Both the position numbers and the translations under genes were made by a program. A DNA stretch of 64,000 nt from the NCBI GenBank assembly GCA_963823035.1, contig CAWGKG010000012.1:160001-224000 (forward strand), read 5' to 3'. The notes below the pieces were generated by a model, which saw only the letters and a list, made by a program, of their open reading frames with translations, was not told the DNA's origin and ran no database searches. Positions 48,395 through 55,538 of this stretch are shown piece after piece (within the stretch, counting starts at the first letter, position 1; the number at the start of each line of letters is the position of its first letter). This stretch comes from an uncultured Gemmatimonadales bacterium. Lineage in GTDB: Bacteria > Gemmatimonadota > Gemmatimonadetes > Longimicrobiales > Gaopeijiaceae.

Positions 48395-49673
48395 CGACCA
48401 GAGGGGCGCGACCGCGGGCCGGCGGGTATTCGTGACCGGGCTCGGGCCGATCACGGCATCGGGTATCGGGATCGACGCTTTGGCCCAGGGCCTGCGGGGG
48501 GGGGTGTCCCCGATCCGGAAGCTGAGCCGTTTCGATGCCTCGCCCTTCCGGACGCGCATCGCCGCCGAGGTGGACGGGTTCGATCCCGAGGCATTCTTCG
48601 ATCGGAAGGACATCCGGCGGCTCGATCGCTTCGCGCAGTTCGCGCGGGCGGCGACGGCGCTGGCGCTGCGGGATGCGAAGCTCGCCCCGGACTCGGTCGA
48701 CCCCTGCCGCGTGGCGATCCAGATGGGCTCGGCGCTCGGTGGGATGGCGTACGCCGAGGAGCAGGTGGGCAACCTCCTTCGAGACGGGGTCCGGGCCGTC
48801 GACCCGCGCGTGGTGACGAGCGCCTACGGCGGCGCCGCCAGCTGCCAGACCGCGATCTCCACGGGGTTCACGGGGCCCAACTCGACCAACGCGATGAGCT
48901 GCGCTTCCGGCACGATCGCCGTGGGCGACGCCTTCCGCCTGATCCAGGGCGGCTTCGCGGACGCCGCCGTGGCGGGCGGCGTGGAGGCGCCGCTCGCCCC
49001 GCTCTGCTTCGGCGCTTTCGCGATCGCACACGCGATGACCGCGCGCAACGACGAGCCCGGCCGCGCGTGCCGCCCCTTCGACGCCGACCGGGACGGCTTC
49101 GTCATGGGCGAGGGTGCCTGCATCCTCGTGCTCGAGGAGGCTTCCCACGCGATCGCCCGCGGAGCGCGGATCTACGCGGAAGTCGTCGGCTACGCCGTGA
49201 CGAACGATGCGCATCACATGACGGCGCCCCGCCCGGACGGCGCGCAGGCCGTCACGGCCATGAGGCTCGCGCTGGGCGCGGCCGGCCTGCGCCCCGGAGA
49301 CGTGGACCACGTGAACGCGCACGCCTCGTCCACGCCCCTGAACGACGCGGTGGAAAGCCAGGCGATCCGCGAGGTGTTCGGAGACCACGCCGATCGGATG
49401 TCCGTATCGGGCACCAAGCCCTTCTACGGCCATTCACTCGGTGCGTCCGGCGCGATCGAGGCGGCGGTAGCTTGTCTGACCATCCGCGACGGGTGGGCCC
49501 CGCCCACGCTGAACCTCGAGCAGCGGGGAGCGGGCTGCGACCTCGACTACGTGGGCGAGGGAGGCCGTGACCAGCCCATACGCACGGTCCTCTCCAACTC
49601 GTTCGGCTTCGGTGGCATCAACGCCACCCTGGTCGTCAGAGCCGCGGAGGAGGTCGGAGGGCCGGCGGCTTGA
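48384..49673 (+). CDS. Beta-ketoacyl-ACP synthase II-like ketosynthase (FabF/type II KS family)
   Basis: VFVTGLG, DRFAQF, catalytic AMSCASG, RPFDADRDGFVMGEG, NAHASST, GHSLGASG and SNSFGFGG. Confidence 0.92.
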   Translation: MAVDDQRGATAGRRVFVTGLGPITASGIGIDALAQGLRGGVSPIRKLSRFDASPFRTRIAAEVDGFDPEAFFDRKDIRRLDRFAQFARAATALALRDAKLAPDSVDPCRVAIQMGSALGGMAYAEEQVGNLLRDGVRAVDPRVVTSAYGGAASCQTAISTGFTGPNSTNAMSCASGTIAVGDAFRLIQGGFADAAVAGGVEAPLAPLCFGAFAIAHAMTARNDEPGRACRPFDADRDGFVMGEGACILVLEEASHAIARGARIYAEVVGYAVTNDAHHMTAPRPDGAQAVTAMRLALGAAGLRPGDVDHVNAHASSTPLNDAVESQAIREVFGDHADRMSVSGTKPFYGHSLGASGAIEAAVACLTIRDGWAPPTLNLEQRGAGCDLDYVGEGGRDQPIRTVLSNSFGFGGINATLVVRAAEEVGGPAA

Positions 49674-50689
49674 CCGGTCTGGGCGCCCTTCCCCCCGAGC
49701 TCGTCGTCCTGCCGCCGCTCGCGCTGGCCGCCGGAGTCGACCTCTACCTCACGCTCCTGGTGCTCGGGGCGGCTCCGGGCTCGGGCTGGTGGGAGAGCCT
49801 TCCAGGCGCCCTGGGAGATCTCGGCGCGCCGGGTGTGGTCCTGATCGTGGGCAGCTTCTACCTCCTGGAGTTCCTCGCGGAGGCGTGGCCCTCCGCAGCG
49901 CTCTTCTGGAACGCCTTCCACGCCATCATCCGACCGCTCGCCGGCGCCCTGCTTGCGCTTCTCCTCCTCGACGGCCAGCCCGCCTCCGTGGTCGTGCCGG
50001 GTGCGATCCTGGCCGGTCTGCTGGCCTCCGGCTCGCACGCCGCACGGACCGGGGGCGGCGTGCTGCTGTGGCTCGACTCGGCCCGTCACCCCAGCCGCGT
50101 GCTCATCGCGCTCCTCGAGGACGTCTCCGTCCTCGGAATGGTCGTGCTCGTCCTGGACGCGCCGCACGTGGCGCTCGGCGTCTCCCTCGCGGTCCTGATC
50201 CTCACGCTCCGCCTGGCGGGATCCCAGGTGCGCGCCTTCGCGTTCGCGGTACGACTCGTCTGGGCCCGGGCGTGGAGGTCGCTCGGGCAGCCCCGATGGG
50301 ACGACCCGGAGGCCTTCCCACGCTGGGTGCGCGACGCGCTGGAAGGCGACGTGATGGCTCCCGGAGGGGGGCTGCGGGGAAGCCCGGCCGGGGGCCACCG
50401 GCTCCCGAGGACGCCTCGATTCGTGGTCGGCTGGGTGGTGGTGCGCGGCGACACGCCCCTGTTCGTCTACCCACGCCGTGGGGCGCCCGGGACCGTGGAC
50501 CTCGGCCCGCTGCGTGCCGCACACGTCTCCGAGAGCGCCTTCTTCCGCCGCGTCGAGTTGCTCGGACCGCCCCCTGCGAACCTCTACTTCGGCCTCGACG
50601 GACCCGGCCCCGAGAGCCTGAGAGCCGAGTTTCTCCAGGGTCATGGCGAGCACGCGCACGCATGGAACCCCCGGGACGACACCGGGTAA
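49670..50689 (+). CDS. DUF4126-like membrane protein
   Basis: ALAAGVDLYLT, LEFLAE, HAIIRPLAGA, SHAAR and LLED pattern, plus a soluble C-terminal domain. Confidence 0.7.
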   Translation: MTGLGALPPELVVLPPLALAAGVDLYLTLLVLGAAPGSGWWESLPGALGDLGAPGVVLIVGSFYLLEFLAEAWPSAALFWNAFHAIIRPLAGALLALLLLDGQPASVVVPGAILAGLLASGSHAARTGGGVLLWLDSARHPSRVLIALLEDVSVLGMVVLVLDAPHVALGVSLAVLILTLRLAGSQVRAFAFAVRLVWARAWRSLGQPRWDDPEAFPRWVRDALEGDVMAPGGGLRGSPAGGHRLPRTPRFVVGWVVVRGDTPLFVYPRRGAPGTVDLGPLRAAHVSESAFFRRVELLGPPPANLYFGLDGPGPESLRAEFLQGHGEHAHAWNPRDDTG

Positions 50690-50752
50690 CCCGGCCGCGG
50701 CTCGAAGGAGACCGGTGCCCCGGATGTTTCCAGAACGGGGTCCAGGAGACCT

Positions 50753-50781
50753 TTGACCATGGAAACAGGCTTTTGTAACTT
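50753..50781 (+). promoter_or_regulatory. Putative promoter TTGACC-N17-TAACTT
   Basis: Near-consensus spacing in the AT-richer region upstream of the second sigma factor. Confidence 0.55.
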
Positions 50782-50913
50782 TCGGATCACTCTGCCGTCT
50801 TCCAGTTCGTTTGCCAATCCAATGCAGGGATCCTCCCGCCCGGATTCCTCGTTTCGCGTCGGTCACACCGACCAGGTTCCCTTTTCGGTCGCAACTCGAG
50901 GAACAGCAAACGG

Positions 50914-51774
50914 ATGTTTTCTGCGTCACGTGGCTTGGATTCGTTCGACCAATATCTGCAGGACGTCGAAAAATACCCGCTGATCCAGGACCCCAAGGAG
51001 GAGCGGGAGCTCGCCCGACGGGCGAGACAAGGTGACAAGGAAGCGGCCGAGCGGCTGGTCACGGCGAACCTGCGCTTCGTCATCTCGTACGTGAAGAAGT
51101 ACCAGGGACGCGGCCTCGGGCTCGCGGAGTTGGTCTGCATCGGGAACGAGGGCCTGCTCAAGGCCGTGAAGAAGTTCGATCCCGACAAGGGCGTGAAGTT
51201 CATCTCCTATGCCGTCTGGTGGATCCGCCAGACCGTGCTCCAGGCGCTGGCCGAACAGACGCGCTCCGTACGCATCCCGCTGAACCAGAACTCCAACCTG
51301 GCTCGGCTGGCCCGCACCGATACGCAACTGACCCAGTCGCTGGGACGATCGCCCACCGACCAGGAGATCGCCGACGAGATGGGCGAGCCCCTGGACACGA
51401 TCCGGGCGCTGCGCCGCGTGGCGGCCTCGGAGCTCAGCCTCGACGCTCCGATCGACCGAAGCGACCGTGACAGCTCCAGCTTCGGCGAGCGCTTCGCCGG
51501 GGCCGAGGGCTCGGACATCGAGGAGGACGTGGAGGCGATGGCCCGCCGCGAATTCCTCGAGCAGATGTTCGAGACCTACCTCACCGAGCGCGAGCGGAAG
51601 ATCCTGTACCTCTACTACGGGCTCGACGACGGCGAGGAGCGTACGCTGGAGGAGATCGGCTCCCTCCTCGGTGTCACGCGCGAGCGCATCCGCCAGATCC
51701 GCAACCGGGCGTTCGAGAAGCTGCGCGAGAGCCCGCACGGCGAGTCCCTCTCGGGCTTCTGGACCGCCAACTGA
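50914..51774 (+). CDS. RNA polymerase sigma-70 factor, RpoD/SigA family (second paralog)
   Basis: FDQYL, ANLRFVISYVKKY, FISYAVWWIRQ, SLDAP and TLEEIGSLLGVTRERIRQIR. Confidence 0.95.
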   Translation: MFSASRGLDSFDQYLQDVEKYPLIQDPKEERELARRARQGDKEAAERLVTANLRFVISYVKKYQGRGLGLAELVCIGNEGLLKAVKKFDPDKGVKFISYAVWWIRQTVLQALAEQTRSVRIPLNQNSNLARLARTDTQLTQSLGRSPTDQEIADEMGEPLDTIRALRRVAASELSLDAPIDRSDRDSSSFGERFAGAEGSDIEEDVEAMARREFLEQMFETYLTERERKILYLYYGLDDGEERTLEEIGSLLGVTRERIRQIRNRAFEKLRESPHGESLSGFWTAN

Positions 51775-51885
51775 CGGCTCGGTAGGAAGTCCTGGCCCCC
51801 TCGTCGCGTTTCCCCTGGTAGGAACGGACTGAGGAAGCGGGCCGTACGACGCGGCACGTCATCACACAGCGCCCGCTTCGACGAG

Positions 51886-51918
51886 GGCCTCGTCCAGAAA
51901 CGGACGAGGCCGTTCTCT
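51886..51918 (+). terminator. Hairpin GGCCTCGTCC-N6-GGACGAGGCC, possible terminator
   Basis: Perfect 10-bp stem followed by GTTCTCT (weak U tract). Confidence 0.45.
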
Positions 51919-51978
51919 CCTACGGAACTGCCCCCTCCGGGCGGGCGTACCAAGCGTGGCCCGTAGAAGCCCCTCCGA

Positions 51979-54045
51979 ATGCCCACCGAGAGCACGTTGA
52001 CCCGCCGACCTCCCGGCCCGCGCACCGCCACCCACGCCGCGCTCGTCGTCAGCCTGCTCCTGAGCGCAGTGTCCGCCTCGGCGCAACAAGCGATGCACAG
52101 GGAGGGGTGGAACGGCGCTCGGGCGCTCGACCTCGTGGCTCGTGCCGGGGTTCAGCGGCATTCGGCCGTGGTGGACACCTCCTTTCGCTCCTACCGCGCC
52201 AACGCGCGTGGGTACGTCTACTTCTTCTTCGACCGCCCCGATTCGGACAAGCGCAACCTGGTCAAGGCCGACCAGGTCGCGCTCGAGGTGTTCTGGCAGG
52301 CACCCGACAAGACCCGCCAGCGCATCGTCGGCCTGCGTGACAAGAAGGTGCTACCCACGAACATCCACTACCACCTCGATCACCTGACCGTGGTTCAGGA
52401 CGACTTCGGCGACCGCATCCGGATCGGTGACGGCGACGAGGTGTCGGAGGTGGTCCACCCCATGGCTCCCGGGGCGGACTCGGTCTACGACTACCTGTTG
52501 GCGGATTCGCTGCGCCTTACCTACGGGGGAAACGCGGAGGAGGTGCGGGTCTACGAGGTGCGGGTGAGGCCGAAGAACCCGGAGGCGCCGGGCTACGTGG
52601 GATCCGTCTACCTCGACCGGACGACGGCCGCGATCGTGCGCATGAGCTTCACGTTCACGCCGTCTTCGTACGTCGACCCGTATCTCGACTACATCCGGGT
52701 GTCGCTCGACAACTCGCTCTGGCTGGGCCGCTACTGGCTCCCCTACCGACAGGAGGTGGAGCTACGCCGCGAGATCCCGCAGCTCGACTTCCTGGCCGGG
52801 AGCATCATTCGCGGCAGGTTCGAGATCGGGCCCTACGACTTCAACCTCCCGCTTCCACCGGCGCTCTTCGGCGGGCGGGCCGTCACGGCCGTGCCGGAGG
52901 CGGAGCGGCGGTCGTACCCCTTCGAACGGGGACTCTTCGACGATCTCGAGCAGGAGGGACTCGCGCCCACGCCGAGCCTCGAGGAGGTCCGTGCCGAGGC
53001 TCGGCGCATCGTGGCTGGAAAGGCCCTGAGCGGACTCGCTCCCGTCCGACTGCAGATCCGCTCGTTGTCGGACGTGCTCCGCTACGATCGGGCGGAGGGC
53101 CTGTTCACCGGGGCGGGCGTCAACCTGCGCCCCGACCCCGACCTCTCCGTCCGCCTGGGCGTCGGTTATGCCTTCGGCCGCAAACGTCCGAGCGGGTCGC
53201 TGGAGATCTCGAGGGTTCCCGCCCCTTGGGTTCCCGTGCTGGAGCTCTACTGGGACCAGTTGCGTGATCTCGGCCCGTTCCCTGGATCCTCTCCGGTGGT
53301 CTCGTCGCTGGGTGCCGTGTTCATGGGCCACGACTGGCTCGACCCCTGGTTCGCGCGCGGCGCCCGGCTCACGCTGCGCGGACCCGAGCCCCAGGAGGGC
53401 CCGTCGATCACGCTCCGCTTGGAGCGCCAGGCCTCGGCGCGGATCGTCCTGAACGGTCGTGACTTCGCGCCCATCCGCCCGATCATCGACGGGGTGCTCG
53501 CGGCCGTGGACGCGCGGGCCCCCTTCGCGCTGCCCGTCGGGGGCGATGGCGCGGTCGAGGTCACCGGGGGCAGGATGACGAAGCACTCATTCGGCACGGT
53601 GGTGTTCCGGAACCGGTGGAGCGCCGGGGCACCGGACGGGGGCTGGCAGGCCACCGTCGACGTTTCCGCCGGCGGCGCGACAGCGCGCACGCCCGTACAG
53701 GAGTTGTTCTTCCTCGGTGGCCGCGGCACGCTTCCGGGGTGGGACTTCCGGCGCTTCGTGGGGCGGGGGTTCTGGCTCGCGCGCGTGGAAGGTACCCACC
53801 CCCTCCACCAACCGTGGGTGGGAATCCGTGCCTTCGCAGCGCTCGGCGCCACCGCCCTGGCCTCCGCCTCCCTCCCCACCGGCTGGGAGGACACACACGA
53901 CGGCGACGGCCCGCGCGCCTCCGTGGGCGCCGGCCTCTCCTTCGGCTGGGACGTGCTCCGCCTCGACTTCGCGCACGGTGTGGGCGACGGAGGTCGGTGG
54001 GAGGTCATGCTCTCCGTCGACCCGCGTTTCCGTCCATGGCTCTGA
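51979..54045 (+). CDS. Exported/outer-membrane beta-barrel protein (DUF5686-like)
   Basis: Signal peptide, RYDRAEGL, LGGRGTLPG, and terminal amphipathic strands VGAGLSFGWDVLRLDFA. Confidence 0.7.
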   Translation: MPTESTLTRRPPGPRTATHAALVVSLLLSAVSASAQQAMHREGWNGARALDLVARAGVQRHSAVVDTSFRSYRANARGYVYFFFDRPDSDKRNLVKADQVALEVFWQAPDKTRQRIVGLRDKKVLPTNIHYHLDHLTVVQDDFGDRIRIGDGDEVSEVVHPMAPGADSVYDYLLADSLRLTYGGNAEEVRVYEVRVRPKNPEAPGYVGSVYLDRTTAAIVRMSFTFTPSSYVDPYLDYIRVSLDNSLWLGRYWLPYRQEVELRREIPQLDFLAGSIIRGRFEIGPYDFNLPLPPALFGGRAVTAVPEAERRSYPFERGLFDDLEQEGLAPTPSLEEVRAEARRIVAGKALSGLAPVRLQIRSLSDVLRYDRAEGLFTGAGVNLRPDPDLSVRLGVGYAFGRKRPSGSLEISRVPAPWVPVLELYWDQLRDLGPFPGSSPVVSSLGAVFMGHDWLDPWFARGARLTLRGPEPQEGPSITLRLERQASARIVLNGRDFAPIRPIIDGVLAAVDARAPFALPVGGDGAVEVTGGRMTKHSFGTVVFRNRWSAGAPDGGWQATVDVSAGGATARTPVQELFFLGGRGTLPGWDFRRFVGRGFWLARVEGTHPLHQPWVGIRAFAALGATALASASLPTGWEDTHDGDGPRASVGAGLSFGWDVLRLDFAHGVGDGGRWEVMLSVDPRFRPWL

Positions 54046-54106
54046 ACGCGGCGACGCGGCCGGGGCGCCACGCGGTCCGCCCCGGCCGATCGTCAGCGGG
54101 GCCGCC

Positions 54107-54472
54107 TCAGGCCGCCTCCTCCAACTCCGCGTCGTCGTCCCCCACCCGCGACGACAGGAGCACCACCTCCCGCACGGTCACGTCGGCGGTCGGGATGATG
54201 ATCCCGTCGCGCTCGTACGAGTCGTACTCCACCCGCCCCTCCACGTAGATGCGGTCGCCCATCTTGATGTAGTCCTCGGCGAACTGCGCGAGTCGGTTCC
54301 ACAGCGTGAGCCGGTGCCAGTCCGTCCGCTCCTGCCCGTCGGCCCCGGAAGGGGGGCGACGGTTCGTCGCCAGCGACAGGTGGGCCACCTTGGTACCGCT
54401 CTTGGTCTGCTGGATGTCGGGATCCCGCCCGACGTTGCCCACCAGGATGATCTTGTTCACCGACCGGCTCAT
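54107..54472 (-). CDS. ssb: Single-stranded DNA-binding protein (short-tailed)
   Basis: SVNKIILVGNVGRDP, SLATN, TDWHR and IYVEG OB-fold. AGGAGG RBS. Confidence 0.93.
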   Translation of the reverse strand: MSRSVNKIILVGNVGRDPDIQQTKSGTKVAHLSLATNRRPPSGADGQERTDWHRLTLWNRLAQFAEDYIKMGDRIYVEGRVEYDSYERDGIIIPTADVTVREVVLLSSRVGDDDAELEEAA

Positions 54473-54679
54473 GGGACTGCCTCCTTCGAGTGAGGGACTC
54501 CGTCGGCCCGAGGGCCGATGTGTCACGCGCGAAGGATGGGCATGCGGAAGGGGCGCCCGAATGCCCACTCGGGCCCCCTTGGAGGCGCCCGATCGACAGG
54601 CACCCTGCGAGCGCATGGTGCCGTCGGGGGCCGGCGAGGGCGGCTCGCCTCGCCGGGCGCAGGCGTTTCCCGCGGCTAG

Positions 54680-54913
54680 CAGCCCGTGGTAGAAATACAG
54701 TGGCCCGCGCCACCCATGCCTACGGCATGGGTACCCGGGGCTCGCGAGGTTCAGAGTAGGAGAGACGACGAGTCGTAGCCGTAGCTACGGCGAGGAGGAA
54801 CGACGACCTATCAGCCCGCGACCCCCCTGCGCCCGCAACCGTATTGCTTGCAAGACCTTGAATGGTGGTGGGTTACGGCGGCACGGCCCCGCCTCCGCTT
54901 CTCCCACGGGCTG
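54680..54913. mobile_element. MITE-like element 2 (234 bp, 15-bp TIRs, CTAG/CTAA flanks)
   Basis: CAGCCCGTGGTAGAA (54680-54694) matches the reverse complement of 54899-54913 at 14/15. CTAG at 54676-54679 and CTAA at 54914-54917. Confidence 0.75.
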
Positions 54914-55138
54914 CTAAGCGCCCCTGTCGAGGTCGCGCCCCCAGAACGGAGCGCGCATGAGGGGTCCGAACAGGCAGAAGTTCAAGCCGCCGGCCGCGAT
55001 GGGCAGGAGCCCGACCACCGCCAGCACCCACCCGCCCGTGCCCTTGACCACCGTGAACCCTACCACGATCAGCACCACGCCTGCCGCGATACGCACCAGC
55101 CTGCCTGCGGCCGACGCCATGAAGCGTGCGAGTCCCAT
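54914..55138 (-). CDS. DUF2892 (YgaP-like) small membrane protein
   Basis: 74 aa, GRLVRIAAGVVL, two TM helices and NFCLFGPL. GGAGG RBS. Confidence 0.85.
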   Translation of the reverse strand: MGLARFMASAAGRLVRIAAGVVLIVVGFTVVKGTGGWVLAVVGLLPIAAGGLNFCLFGPLMRAPFWGRDLDRGA

Positions 55139-55240
55139 CCGTTCCTCCGGAAAGAGCGTGACGATGGAGCCCCAGCAGTTCCTACCCGACCGAACGGCAA
55201 ACGCGCGACGGGGACGGCGGGTTCCCGAACGACGCGCTAG

Positions 55241-55538
55241 GGAAGCTCTGCACAGGTATGGCACTCCGCGTTGGGAGCGCCACGGCCCCGAGCCGTAGGC
55301 GGATCTCCGAAAGGCATAGCCCTAGCTACGTCGAGGAGATCCAACGACCGGGGCGGGGCCGTGCCGCCCCAACCCACAATCACGTAAGATCATATCTGCC
55401 ATGCTGTTGGGCACAGGGGCTCGCTGCTGTAGGTCGTCACTCCTCCTCGCCGTAGCTACGGCTACGACTCGTCCTCCTTCCTACTCTGAGCAGCGTAAGC
55501 CCCCTGTGCGCGGGGTACCCTACCTGTGCAGAGCTTCC
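55241..55538. mobile_element. MITE-like element 3 (298 bp, perfect 18-bp TIRs, CTAG flanks; IS5-like ends)
   Basis: GGAAGCTCTGCACAGGTA (55241-55258) and TACCTGTGCAGAGCTTCC (55521-55538). CTAG at 55237-55240 and 55539-55542. Confidence 0.85.
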
